The position numbers and the translations under genes are program-made. Source: Magnetospiraceae bacterium (GTDB lineage Bacteria; Pseudomonadota; Alphaproteobacteria; Rhodospirillales; JBMYUJ01). From it: DNA of 64,000 bases. Below the pieces are notes generated by a model that was not told the origin of the DNA, did not search any database, and saw nothing but the letters and a program-made list of their open reading frames with translations. Positions within the stretch are counted from its first letter, which is position 1, and each line of letters starts with the position of its first letter. The stretch spans positions 5,063 to 69,062 of the forward strand of contig JBMYUJ010000003.1 of the NCBI GenBank assembly GCA_049605255.1. Direction: 5' to 3'. Shown here piece by piece: positions 32,114-44,406 of this stretch.

Positions 32114-33015
32114 CGCCGCCGGGGATCTAGGGCTAAATAGTCGCACTGCGCCCGGGTTGCCGGTTGGGCGACGAAGGCCTCCAGATGGTTCAGCCCGATA
32201 TATTCCCCGTCTACGATCACTTCCTCCCCCAGAGCCCGCCAGGCGGCCATGATCTTCTCTGGCGGGAGTTTTGGTTTGCGCTGGTCTTCCACGCTGGCGC
32301 GCACCCGGCGCAGGGCATATTCCCGCGCGATCTCCAGGGTGGGGAAGCCTGCGATGTCGAATTGTTCCTCCGGATCCGTGCGGTGGAAATTATCGATCAC
32401 CCGCACGGAATACCCTTTCTTCGAGTCCTCAAAGGCTTGCACCTTGGCCTTGGCGGCGGCGCCGTTCTTGGGGTTCAGGGCGGCAACGCGGGGTTCCAGT
32501 TCCAGCCGCAGCTTGGCATCGGTGATATAGCCGAGGGAATCCGACGCGCCCCAATAGTTCCCCTGCGCGAGGAAATAATCGATTAAATCCGCCCGATGTT
32601 GTTGCTGCGCGGTGGCGGGACGAATCTGGCGGATGGCCATGGAGGCCTCTGTGGTGTTGCCGAGCCTCAGAGATTGCAAAAACAGTGCCCGCCATACGTC
32701 GCTGAACCGGCTTTCCAGGGCGTTGAACCGGTCCTGATCCGCCTTCACGGCTTCCTCAAGACGGATCAGGGACGCCCGCAGGGGGCGAATATCCTTGGGG
32801 TGCTGGAGGTTGATAATCCCCAGGCGCAGGTCTTCGAGGGATTCCGAGGGGCCGCCGTCGCGAATCTCCGCCATGCTGGTGGGCGCCGCTGGCGGGGATT
32901 CTAAGGGGACTGCCGTGCCGATCGGGCGAGAGCGATCACCGGGAACCGGTCGGTCCTTTTCGGGTATCGTGCCCCCCAGAAGCCGGATCAACCCATGTCG
33001 TAACTTGTTCAACAT
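32110..33015 (-). CDS. Hypothetical cytoplasmic protein, no family recognised
   Basis: This is the only long ORF in the gap, and it overlaps rnj by 4 nt tail-to-tail. The start is ambiguous: ATG at 33015, or TTG at 33033 as in the ORF track. It has no TM segment and no motif I can name. Confidence 0.5.
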   Translation of the reverse strand: MLNKLRHGLIRLLGGTIPEKDRPVPGDRSRPIGTAVPLESPPAAPTSMAEIRDGGPSESLEDLRLGIINLQHPKDIRPLRASLIRLEEAVKADQDRFNALESRFSDVWRALFLQSLRLGNTTEASMAIRQIRPATAQQQHRADLIDYFLAQGNYWGASDSLGYITDAKLRLELEPRVAALNPKNGAAAKAKVQAFEDSKKGYSVRVIDNFHRTDPEEQFDIAGFPTLEIAREYALRRVRASVEDQRKPKLPPEKIMAAWRALGEEVIVDGEYIGLNHLEAFVAQPATRAQCDYLALDPRRR

Positions 33016-33118
33016 TCTTTTTTTGCCCGCCAAAGGTGGGAGGTTCCGCGCTGGCCCTGGATTTTCCGCCCATCATTGTATAGGTAACAAGGATCGTGAT
33101 CGGCTTAAGGAGTAAACC

Positions 33119-33523
33119 ATGATCGGACGATTAAATCACGTTGCCATCGCCGTGCCGGATTTAGAGGCGGCCGCCGCCACCTACCGGGGCATTCTGGGCG
33201 CCAAGGTGTCGGACCCGCAAGACGAGCCGGACCATGGGGTGACCGTGGTGTTTGTCGAACTGCCGAACACGAAGATCGAACTGCTCTATCCTCTGGGGGA
33301 AAACTCCCCCATCGCCAAATATCTGGAAAAGAACCCCATGGGCGGCATGCATCATGTCTGCTACGAGGTGGAAGATATCCTGGCGGCGCGGGATCAGCTG
33401 AAAGCCACCGGCGCCCGTGTGGTCGGCGATGGCGAACCCAAGATCGGCGCCCATGGCAAGCCGGTGCTGTTCCTGCATCCCAAGGATTTCTGTGGCACGT
33501 TGACGGAACTCGAACAGGCATGA
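33119..33523 (+). CDS. mce: Methylmalonyl-CoA epimerase (VOC/glyoxalase fold)
   Basis: The 134-aa product has LNHVAIAVPDL, GGMHHVCYEV and the LHPKD..G.L.EL ending. A strong TAAGGAG SD precedes the start. Confidence 0.85.
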   Translation: MIGRLNHVAIAVPDLEAAAATYRGILGAKVSDPQDEPDHGVTVVFVELPNTKIELLYPLGENSPIAKYLEKNPMGGMHHVCYEVEDILAARDQLKATGARVVGDGEPKIGAHGKPVLFLHPKDFCGTLTELEQA

Positions 33524-34887
33524 TCGGCGGCCTGGCGGATCCGGACGTTCGGTCTGCGATTCGTCAGGGCGATGGTGCGGCGGTGAAGGCCTGGGTGCGG
33601 CAGCATAAGGGTCGCAAACGGTTCAGCCGCCTGCTGATCCATGCCGCCGGGTGTCCGAAGGCGGGGCCGGAGATTCTGGATTGCCTGGTGAAAGCAGGGG
33701 CCGACCCCAATTTCACCGAGATGGTGGAAGAATTCACCATTGGCCCCGCGCTCGCCACCGCCGCGCAAGAGGGCAGCTTGGCAACGGTGCTCTGGTTGCT
33801 GGACCATGGGGCCGATATCGCCTACCAAACCCGCGAGGGCTATTCGGCGCTGGTGCATGCGGCGTATAACCGAAGCGAAGAGGGGGCGGCCATTCTTGAC
33901 GCCCTGATCGCCCGAGGGGCCGACCTGAATCTTCAAACCCAGTATGCGGAATCCCCCCTCAGCATCGCCGCCTGGTCGGGCCGATTTTCGCTGATCCGGC
34001 AATTGCTGGCGGCGGGGGCCGATCCGGCGCCGCTGCGCTGGGATGCACTGATGCGGGCTGTCGCCCTGGGCACGGCGGCGGAATGCAAGGCGGTGCTTGA
34101 TGGCGGCGCGCCGCGCGATGGCCGCGACCGGTGGGAGCGCACGCCGTTTCTGCTGGCGGCGCAAACGGGGGACGTGGACAAGGCCGCGCTGCTTTTGAAG
34201 GCGGGCGCCGATCCGGAAGCGGTTTCCCGCCTTGGCCATACGGCGCTGATGGAGGCGGTGGCGCTGAACCAAGCCGCCCTGGCCCATTGGTTGCTGCAGC
34301 GCGGGGCCTCCCTCGATTCGCCCTTAAGCACCGCCCCCACGCCCCTTATGATCGCCGCGGAAAACGGCGCGGTAGACTGTGTTCATGTGCTGCTCAACCA
34401 CGGCGCCGATCCCGCCGCGGAAGGCCCCTATGGTGGCGATGCCATGACCCATGCGTCCACCATTGAGGTGGTTAGGGCCCTGCACGCGGCAGGCGCGGAT
34501 CTGGACCGGGTGGGCAGCGATGGCTATAACGCGCTGAAATCGGCGGTGGAGGCGGGAAATGAAGGTCTTGTTCGTGCCTTGCTTGATCTCGGCGCCGACC
34601 CGAACCGGGCGAGCACGGGCGAGGGGCCATTACATGCGGCTGTCGGTCTGGACCAGGGCACTCTTGTGGACCTTTTGCTGGCCCACGGGGCCGATCCGAA
34701 CCAGCAGGATGTGGATGGCTGGACCCCGATGCATGGGGTGCAATCGGCAGCGGTAGCGCAGTCGCTTTTGGATCACGGCGGGGACCCCACCATCTTGGAT
34801 GCGGTCAGCCAATCGCCTTGGAATTATGCCCGCTCGGAAGACATCCGGAAGGTAATGGAAACCGCCATAGAGGCACGAAAAACATGA
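33520..34887 (+). CDS. Ankyrin-repeat protein (about 11-12 ANK repeats)
   Basis: The product has repeated G.(T/S)(A/P)L(M/H).A...G......LL..GADP(N) units throughout. ATGA overlaps occur with mce upstream and tag downstream. Confidence 0.85.
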   Translation: MIGGLADPDVRSAIRQGDGAAVKAWVRQHKGRKRFSRLLIHAAGCPKAGPEILDCLVKAGADPNFTEMVEEFTIGPALATAAQEGSLATVLWLLDHGADIAYQTREGYSALVHAAYNRSEEGAAILDALIARGADLNLQTQYAESPLSIAAWSGRFSLIRQLLAAGADPAPLRWDALMRAVALGTAAECKAVLDGGAPRDGRDRWERTPFLLAAQTGDVDKAALLLKAGADPEAVSRLGHTALMEAVALNQAALAHWLLQRGASLDSPLSTAPTPLMIAAENGAVDCVHVLLNHGADPAAEGPYGGDAMTHASTIEVVRALHAAGADLDRVGSDGYNALKSAVEAGNEGLVRALLDLGADPNRASTGEGPLHAAVGLDQGTLVDLLLAHGADPNQQDVDGWTPMHGVQSAAVAQSLLDHGGDPTILDAVSQSPWNYARSEDIRKVMETAIEARKT

Positions 34888-35441
34888 GTACCTATTGCGA
34901 TATGGCCCCCGGCCACCCGCTGCACGGCCCCTATCATGATTTGGAATATGGCTTTCCTCAAGCGGATGAAACGGTCTTGTTCGAGCGGCTGACCCTGGAG
35001 ATTTTCCAGGCCGGATTGTCGTGGGAATTGGTGTTGAAAAAGCGCGCTGCGATGCAGGTTGCCTTCGAAGGCTTCGATGTGGATAAGGTGGCGGCCTATG
35101 GGGAGGTGGAACGGGCCCGCTTGTTGGCCGATGCGGGGATCATCCGCAACCGATTGAAAATCAACGCCATTATCCATAACGCGGGGCAAATTCAGCAGCT
35201 TCGGGCCAGCCATGGGGGCTTCGCGGCCTGGATCGCCGCGCAGCACCCGCTCAAGAAAGCCGATTGGGTCAAACTGTTCAAGAAGACCTTCAAATTCACC
35301 GGCGGGGAGATCGTGGGGGAGTTCCTGCTCAGCCTCGGCTATCTCCCCCACGCCCATCGTCCCGATTGCCCGGTCTATGGAAAAATCGCCGCCCTCGATC
35401 CGCCTTGGCAGACCGTGGGCGCCGATTTTTATAAAGATTAG
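34884..35441 (+). CDS. tag: DNA-3-methyladenine glycosylase I
   Basis: The ATG at 34884 gives MSTYCDMAPGHPLHGPYHDLEYGFP. The product also has FERLTLEIFQAGLSW, and the Zn-site Cys/His residues are present. Confidence 0.9.
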   Translation: MSTYCDMAPGHPLHGPYHDLEYGFPQADETVLFERLTLEIFQAGLSWELVLKKRAAMQVAFEGFDVDKVAAYGEVERARLLADAGIIRNRLKINAIIHNAGQIQQLRASHGGFAAWIAAQHPLKKADWVKLFKKTFKFTGGEIVGEFLLSLGYLPHAHRPDCPVYGKIAALDPPWQTVGADFYKD

Positions 35442-35444
35442 GAG

Positions 35445-36401
35445 TTATTTGGGCATCGCGCCCAAATCCACGGCATAGGTTGCCACGGGTAGAACGTCCG
35501 GGATCAGCCCGTTTTCCTTCAGGAACAGCGCAAACCGTTCATAGCGCCCGCTATCCAGCGCGGCGGGGCGCAGGGCAAAGCGGGGCAGGGTATCCCGCCA
35601 GGCCCGCTTGTTAAGTTCATCATCCAGTTTTTCATCATAGGAAACGAAGGCCTGCCAGGCCTCTTCCGGATGGTTCAGCATGTAGATGGTGGCTTTTTCC
35701 AAAGCCGCGAGGAACTGCTGATGCCTCGGGTCGGCCAGGGTCTCTTTATGGGCCACCAGGATCAACTCGTCATAGGCGGGCACGCCTTCTTCCTCGGGGT
35801 AAAAGGCCCGGCCCGGTTTTTCCACGATATCCATCTGATTGAGTTCGAAGTTGCGGAAGGCGCCGATCACCGCATCCACCTGCCCGGCGATAAGGGAGGG
35901 GGAGAGGGAAAAATTGACGTTCACCAGTTCCACGTCGGCCAGAACCAGGCCGTATTTTTCCAACATGGCTTTCAGTAGCGCATCTTCGAACCCGCCGACG
36001 GAAAAGCCGATCTTGGCGCCTTTCAGGTCGGCAATGGATTTCACCGGCCCGTCGCCCAACACCACGAGGGAATTCAGCGGCGTGGCCACAATGGTGCCGA
36101 TCCGCACCAGGGGCAGGCCCGCGGCGGCCTGCATATGCAATTGCGGCTGATAGGTGATGGCCAGATCGGCCTTTTTGGCGGCAACCAACTTGGGTGGATC
36201 ATTGGGGTTGGCGGGTGCGATCAGGTCCACCGCGAGCCCCGCTTCGGTAAAGAACCCCTTTTGTTGGGCGACGATGAAGGGGCCATGGTCTGGATTGACG
36301 AACCAATCCAGCAGCACGGTCACCTTGTCCTGGGCCAGGGCGGCGGGGGAGAGGAAGGCCCAGACCGCGAGCGCGACGAGCAGGGAGGGGAAACGGGGCA
36401 T
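35445..36401 (-). CDS. ABC transporter substrate-binding protein, NMT1/THI5 (ThiY)-like
   Basis: The product has a signal peptide (MPRFPSLLVALAVWAFLSPAALA) and a NMT1/THI5-type periplasmic binding fold (VTVLLDWFVNPDHGPF). It is the last gene of the TPP-riboswitch operon. Confidence 0.8.
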   Translation of the reverse strand: MPRFPSLLVALAVWAFLSPAALAQDKVTVLLDWFVNPDHGPFIVAQQKGFFTEAGLAVDLIAPANPNDPPKLVAAKKADLAITYQPQLHMQAAAGLPLVRIGTIVATPLNSLVVLGDGPVKSIADLKGAKIGFSVGGFEDALLKAMLEKYGLVLADVELVNVNFSLSPSLIAGQVDAVIGAFRNFELNQMDIVEKPGRAFYPEEEGVPAYDELILVAHKETLADPRHQQFLAALEKATIYMLNHPEEAWQAFVSYDEKLDDELNKRAWRDTLPRFALRPAALDSGRYERFALFLKENGLIPDVLPVATYAVDLGAMPK

Positions 36402-36435
36402 GACGGAAGTCTCCTTTCAAGGGTTTAATCCGAGA

Positions 36436-37179
36436 TTATGATTCGGGTTGCCAGGGCACCCAGCGGCGCAGCAGGCGATCCACGGCGCCGTAGAGCCCAA
36501 GGGCCAGCACGCCGAGGACGAAGAGGGCGGCGAACATCAAGTCGATCTGAATGCGCGCCTGGGCATGTAACATCAGGAACCCCAGGCCTTCGCTGGACCC
36601 GACCCATTCGCCCACCACGGCGCCGATGGGGGCGACGGCGGTGGCGACCCGAATCCCAGAGCTGAGGGCGGGCAGGGCGGCTGGCAGGCGCACATGGCGC
36701 AGTTGGGCCCAGCGGCTGCCGCCCATGGTGGCGGCCAGATCCAACCAGCCCGGCGGCGTGCGGCGCAGGCCATCCAAAAAGGCGGCGGTCACGGGGAAGA
36801 AGATGATCAGCACCGCCATCGCTACTTTTGAGGCCATGCCATAGCCCAGCCACAGCACCAGCAGCGGCGCCAGGGCGAAAACGGGGATCGCCTGACTGAT
36901 CACCAAGATCGGCAACAGCCAACGGCGGGCGGGGGCCCATTGGGCGATGCTGAGCGCGGCGGCGCTGCCCAGAATGGTCCCCAGGATCAGGCCGAGCAGG
37001 ATTTCCGTCAGGGTGATCAGGCCGTGTTCGGCGAGGGCCTGGCTATGGGCACCGAGGGCGGCCAGAACCCGACCCGGCCCGGGCAGGATGTAGGGGGGCG
37101 TTCCTGCGATCCAGACCACGCCTTGCCAGATCGCCAGCAGGCCAAGGAGCAGCACGAACCCGCGCCAGATCGCGTTCAT
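36436..37179 (-). CDS. ABC transporter permease (ThiX-like, nitrate/sulfonate/taurine family)
   Basis: The 247-aa 6-TM protein has an EAA-type loop (AATMGGSRWAQLRHVRLPAALP). Confidence 0.8.
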   Translation of the reverse strand: MNAIWRGFVLLLGLLAIWQGVVWIAGTPPYILPGPGRVLAALGAHSQALAEHGLITLTEILLGLILGTILGSAAALSIAQWAPARRWLLPILVISQAIPVFALAPLLVLWLGYGMASKVAMAVLIIFFPVTAAFLDGLRRTPPGWLDLAATMGGSRWAQLRHVRLPAALPALSSGIRVATAVAPIGAVVGEWVGSSEGLGFLMLHAQARIQIDLMFAALFVLGVLALGLYGAVDRLLRRWVPWQPES

Positions 37180-37922
37180 GATCCGGCCGCCATCAACTGA
37201 TCCAACAATTGGGCCTGTAAGCGGAGCATTTGGGGGTCGGCGGGGTTGCGCGGCGGCGACCCTGGGGGGTGCAGCGCCTCACCCAATTGTGCGGGCCGGC
37301 CGCGCATTACAAAAATGCTGTCCCCGAGCCGCAGCGCCTCCAGCGGATCATGGGTGACGAACAGCACGGTGCGCCCCGCCAGCAGGCGGGCGGCCAGATC
37401 CTGCAAGCGCATCCGGGTGATGGCATCCACCGCCGAAAACGGCTCATCCATCAGGATCAACGGGCGATCTTCCATCAGGGTGCGGGCCAAGGCGGCCCGT
37501 TGCCGCATACCGCCGGACAGGGCATCCGGGCGCTGGGTTGCCGCGTCTTCCAGCCCTACTGCGGACAGCAAGGCCATCGCCCGCTTCAGGTCTGGGGCGT
37601 CCCCCCGCAACCGCGCCCCCAGGGCCACATTCTCCAACGTCGAGAGCCAGGGCAGCAACAGATCGGCCTGCGCCATATAGGCGAGTCGGCCCGGGAGCCC
37701 GGCACCGTCGCTGGTTGTGATGTTGCCGGTGACTGTGGGTTCCAGCCCGGCGATCAACCGCAGGAGGCTGCTCTTGCCGACCCCGCTGGGCCCCAAAAGA
37801 CAGGTCCATTGCCCGGCGGGAAGGTCCAAATGCAAGCCATCGAACAGCGCTTTGCCGTGATAGACGAGGCGCGCATTTCGGACGGTGAGGGAGAAAACGG
37901 GAGGAGTCGGGGTTTCGATCAT
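37176..37922 (-). CDS. ABC transporter ATP-binding protein (ThiZ-like)
   Basis: The product has Walker A GPSGVGKSS, signature LSGGMRQR and Walker B LILMDEPF. It overlaps the permease gene by 4 nt. Confidence 0.85.
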   Translation of the reverse strand: MIETPTPPVFSLTVRNARLVYHGKALFDGLHLDLPAGQWTCLLGPSGVGKSSLLRLIAGLEPTVTGNITTSDGAGLPGRLAYMAQADLLLPWLSTLENVALGARLRGDAPDLKRAMALLSAVGLEDAATQRPDALSGGMRQRAALARTLMEDRPLILMDEPFSAVDAITRMRLQDLAARLLAGRTVLFVTHDPLEALRLGDSIFVMRGRPAQLGEALHPPGSPPRNPADPQMLRLQAQLLDQLMAAGS

Positions 37923-37925
37923 CTC

Positions 37926-38052
37926 ACGGCACGCATCCCTACGCCGGCGTTACCCGGATCAGGTTCAAGGAGTCGCTCCGCTATGTTCGGGCCGCGATTA
38001 AAGGGCCGCCGTCTACAGGAACCTCTCAGCCGCTTGCCGCGGCTCCCCCTGG
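37926..38052 (-). promoter_or_regulatory. TPP (THI-box) riboswitch
   Basis: The minus strand reads GGGGAGCCGCGGCAAGCGGCTGAGAGG...CCTTGAACCTGATCCGGGTAACGCCGGCGTAGGGATGCG. It contains the invariant CTGAGA, ACCTGATC.GG.TAA..CC.GCGTAGGGA core with an extended P3. It ends 4-8 nt before the ATPase ATG, so SD sequestration is plausible. Confidence 0.85.
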
Positions 38053-38122
38053 TGAAGGTACGTCACATTAAGGCCGTCAAATGCTGTTTTCAAGTCCATG
38101 ATCTTTTGCCTACACTGCGCCC

Positions 38123-38560
38123 ATGAAACGCCTCGCCCTTTTACTGATGCTCTTATTCGCCGCGCCGACCTTCGCCGAGGGCGCTCTCAGCCCCTTGACC
38201 ATCGAAGTGGGCGAGGGGGCGGTGGTGTTCCAGGTGGAACTTGCCGACGATGATGCGGAGCGCGCCGTGGGCCTGATGAATCGCACAGAGCTTCCCGCCA
38301 GCCAAGGCATGCTGTTTGATTATCGGCAGCCCCGATCCGTTGCCATGTGGATGAAGAATACGCTGATACCCCTGGATATGCTGTTCATCGGCGCCGATGG
38401 CCGCATCGTGAACATTGTGGAAAATGCCGAGCCGTTGACCCTCACCCCGCGCCGGTCTGCCGGTCCGGTCAGGGCGGTGCTGGAATTGCCAGGCGGCACC
38501 GTGGCGGCCTTGGGGATTAAATCGGGCGCCAAGGTCCGTCACGCGGTGTTCAATCGGTAA
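38123..38560 (+). CDS. DUF192-domain secreted protein
   Basis: The product has a signal peptide (MKRLALLLMLLFAAPTFA) and GLM.R..L....GMLF......MWMKNT.IPLD.. motifs. Confidence 0.75.
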   Translation: MKRLALLLMLLFAAPTFAEGALSPLTIEVGEGAVVFQVELADDDAERAVGLMNRTELPASQGMLFDYRQPRSVAMWMKNTLIPLDMLFIGADGRIVNIVENAEPLTLTPRRSAGPVRAVLELPGGTVAALGIKSGAKVRHAVFNR

Positions 38561-38642
38561 AAACATTGAAACAGCAGATGCGCCCGGGGGGCGCCTATGC
38601 TAAGAAACCGCCAGATCATCCCTATCTTTTGAGGAGGAATTC

Positions 38643-39401
38643 ATGGCGCGTCGTCCGCTGATCGCTGGCAATTGGAAAATGAATGGCCTGCGGGCCGATG
38701 GCACCGCGCTGGCCGAAGGTTTGGCCGCGGCGGTGAAGTCGCTGCAATCCCCCGCCTTCGATATGCTGGTATGCCCGCCGTTTCCGCTGCTGGGCACCGT
38801 GCATAGCGCCCTGGATGGCTGCTTCATCGGCCTGGGCGGGCAGGATTGCCATATGGCGGAAAAGGGCGCGCATACGGGCGATGTCAGCGCGACGATGTTG
38901 GCCGATATCGGCTGCGATTATGTGATCGTCGGGCATTCTGAACGGCGCGCCGATCACGGTGAAAGCAGCGAAACAGTGAAGACGAAGGCGGAAGCGGCGC
39001 TGGCGGCGGGCTTGACCGCGATCGTCTGCATTGGCGAGACCCTGGAACAGCGCGAGGCGGGGCGCACGCTGGATGTGAACAAGGAACAGCTTCAAGGGTC
39101 CTTGCCAAAGGGCGCCACGGCGGCCAATTGCGTGATCGCCTACGAACCGGTCTGGGCCATTGGCACCGGCAAAGTGGCGACACCGGAACAAGCACAAGAG
39201 GTGCACGCGGCTGTACGGGCGGAGCTTGCGGCGCTGGTCGGCGCGGGCGTGGCCGATGCCATGCGTATTCTTTATGGCGGATCCATGAAGCCGGGCAACG
39301 CGGCGGAATTGATCGGTCAGGCAGATATCGATGGTGGGTTGATTGGTGGTGCCTCGTTGAAGGTGGAAGACTTCATGGGCATCGCGGCGGCTTGCAAATA
39401 G
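38643..39401 (+). CDS. tpiA: Triosephosphate isomerase
   Basis: The product has AGNWKMNG, VGHSERR, AYEPVWAIGTG and GGASL motifs. A GAGGAGG SD precedes the start. Confidence 0.95.
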   Translation: MARRPLIAGNWKMNGLRADGTALAEGLAAAVKSLQSPAFDMLVCPPFPLLGTVHSALDGCFIGLGGQDCHMAEKGAHTGDVSATMLADIGCDYVIVGHSERRADHGESSETVKTKAEAALAAGLTAIVCIGETLEQREAGRTLDVNKEQLQGSLPKGATAANCVIAYEPVWAIGTGKVATPEQAQEVHAAVRAELAALVGAGVADAMRILYGGSMKPGNAAELIGQADIDGGLIGGASLKVEDFMGIAAACK

Positions 39402-39495
39402 CCGTTCGCACGCCCCATCTAACGTTTTTTCCTGGAAAATCCGGCCCGGACCCGGTAAAAGCCGCCGGTCACATCATCGAGAAAGCCTGAACCCC

Positions 39496-39837
39496 ATGAC
39501 TACGGTACTGCTTGTCATCCATCTGATTTTGACCGTCGCGCTGGTTGCGGTCGTCTTGCTGCAACGGAGCGAAGGCGGCGCGCTGGGCATTGGCGGCGGT
39601 GGCGGCGGCGGTGGTGGCAACCTGATGAGTGGTCGCGGGGCGGCCAATCTGTTGACTCGGGCCACCGCGATTTTGGCCGGTGGGTTCATGATCACCAGTC
39701 TGGTGCTCAGCCTGATGGCGTCGGGCCAGGGGTCCAAGTCCTCGATTCTCGATGCACCGCTCAGCGAACCGCTGCTTCCCGCGGCTCCCGCCGAACCGGA
39801 AACCCCTGCCGAACCGGCACCCCCCCTCGCCCAATAG
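39496..39837 (+). CDS. secG: Preprotein translocase subunit SecG
   Basis: The 113-aa product starts LLVIHLILTVALVAVVLLQRSEGG, followed by a Gly run and a second TM. This is the typical SecG layout. Confidence 0.9.
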   Translation: MTTVLLVIHLILTVALVAVVLLQRSEGGALGIGGGGGGGGGNLMSGRGAANLLTRATAILAGGFMITSLVLSLMASGQGSKSSILDAPLSEPLLPAAPAEPETPAEPAPPLAQ

Positions 39838-39930
39838 GGCAGGAAAACTAGGCCTTTTCGCACGCCTGCAACCGGCGCATATTTCCGCGCGCCATAACCT
39901 TTGACAGCGCTAGGATTTCGGGTAGGTTGA

Positions 39931-41567
<1,637 letters not shown>

Positions 41568-41568
<1 letters not shown>

Positions 41569-42416
41569 TGAATGAAGCTGTCCGTCATGTAAAGGTTGGT
41601 TCTCTGCGGCTCGGCAATGATCTGCCGTTGACGATGATTGCCGGTCCTTGTGTCCTGGAAAGTCGGGATCATGCCCTGGAGACCGCATCGGCCATCAAGG
41701 AGATTTGCGCGTCGGTGGGAATCGGCGTCATCTACAAGACCTCTTTCGACAAGGCCAACCGCACCAGCATTTCCGGCGTGCGCGGCATGGGGCTTTCCAA
41801 GGCCCTAGCGGTGTTTGCGGAAATCAAGGAAAGCCTGGGGCTGCCTGTGCTGACCGATGTGCATGATGCCGCCCAATGCGTGGAAGCAGCGAAGGTGGTC
41901 GACGTGCTACAGATCCCCGCTTTTCTGTGCCGCCAGACGGATTTGTTGCTGGCGGCGGCGGAAACGGGGGCGGTGGTAAACGTCAAGAAAGGCCAGTTCC
42001 TGGCGCCTTGGGACATGAAAAACGTTGTGGCCAAGTTGGAGGCGGGGGGCAACCGCAAGGTCCTGGTGACGGAACGGGGGGCCTCCTTCGGCTATAACAC
42101 CCTGGTGGCCGACATGCGCGGATTGCCGATCATGGCGCGCGATACAGGCTGCCCGGTGGTGTTTGACGCCACCCATTCGGTGCAACAGCCCGGCGGTAAA
42201 GGGACAGCGTCTGGTGGCCAGCGGGAATTTGCCCCTGTGTTGGCTCGCGCCGCAGTCGCCATCGGCGTGGCGGCGGTATTCATGGAAACTCATCCCGACC
42301 CGGATAACGCACCGTCGGACGGCCCCAACATGGTGCCCTTGGGACAACTCAAGGGGGTCCTCGACATTCTCATGACCTTGGACAAGGTCGCCAAGGCGCA
42401 TCCCGTGCAGATTTAA
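41568..42416 (+). CDS. kdsA: 3-deoxy-8-phosphooctulonate synthase
   Basis: The 282-aa product has [30 protein letters not shown] and DATHSVQ. Its start overlaps the pyrG stop by 1 nt. Confidence 0.95.
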
Positions 42417-43808
<1,392 letters not shown>

Positions 43809-43813
43809 CCGGA

Positions 43814-44134
43814 TTGGAAATCGCCAGGACTCCGGCGCCTCCCTATTACGCAGTGATCTTCACCAGCGTCTTACGGGCGCCGGATAACCCGGACTACGCG
43901 GCCGCCGCCGCTCGCATGATCGAACTGGCTCAAGACCAACCGGGTTTTCTTGGCGTCGAAACGGCGCGCGAGGGCCTGGGGATTACGGTTTCCTATTGGG
44001 AAGACGAGGCCGCCATTCGGGCCTGGCGGGATCAGGCGGAGCATGCCATCGCGCGGGAACGGGGGCGCCAGGAATGGTACAGCGCCTTTGCCCTGCGCAT
44101 CGCCCGTGTGGAGCGGGATTCCCATCTGGGATGA
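43814..44134 (+). CDS. ABM (antibiotic biosynthesis monooxygenase)-family protein
   Basis: The 106-aa product has YYAVIFTS, QPGFLGVE and ITVSYWEDEAAIRAW. It starts at a TTG, and there is no in-frame ATG upstream. Confidence 0.7.
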   Translation: MEIARTPAPPYYAVIFTSVLRAPDNPDYAAAAARMIELAQDQPGFLGVETAREGLGITVSYWEDEAAIRAWRDQAEHAIARERGRQEWYSAFALRIARVERDSHLG

Positions 44135-44166
44135 AGCAAAGCCGACCACGGCTTAAGGGCCGGACT

Positions 44167-44406
44167 TTAGTACCCCCGTTTGGTTTTTTCCTGTTCCACC
44201 TGATTGGTGTAGCTGTCGAAAGTGTCGGTGACCTGTTCACCCAGGACGCCGACCGCGCTAATGATGGCCAAGGCAATTCCCGAGACAATCAATGCATATT
44301 CGATGGAGGTGGCGCCGCTCTCATCGAAACGTCGAATCGACCGGAATCGTCCTCTCAACGCCAGCAAACCCACACCCGATTTTACAATGGTAAACGGCAA
44401 ATTCAT
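44167..44406 (-). CDS. Flp/Fap-family type IVb pilin (stand-alone)
   Basis: The 79-aa product has the Flp motif G/ATSIEYALIVSGIALAIISAV after a basic leader. No tad/cpa genes are nearby. Confidence 0.7.
   Translation of the reverse strand: MNLPFTIVKSGVGLLALRGRFRSIRRFDESGATSIEYALIVSGIALAIISAVGVLGEQVTDTFDSYTNQVEQEKTKRGY

Noticed and set aside
29600-32146. An 848-aa uninterrupted ORF on the minus strand, antisense to coaX and rnj.
   Set aside because: The plus strand encodes two proteins with unmistakable family motifs (pantothenate kinase III and RNase J). The antisense product is Arg/His/Gly/Gln-rich with no motifs. This is the typical 'shadow ORF' that arises in high-GC genomes when the sense codon bias suppresses stop codons on the opposite strand.
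39590-39620. A GGC/GGT trinucleotide run resembling a tandem repeat. A similar Gly-codon-rich stretch occurs at about 6840-6935.
   Set aside because: Both lie in frame inside secG and hflK. They encode the poly-Gly linkers that are normal for these proteins, so they are low-complexity coding sequence rather than repeat elements.
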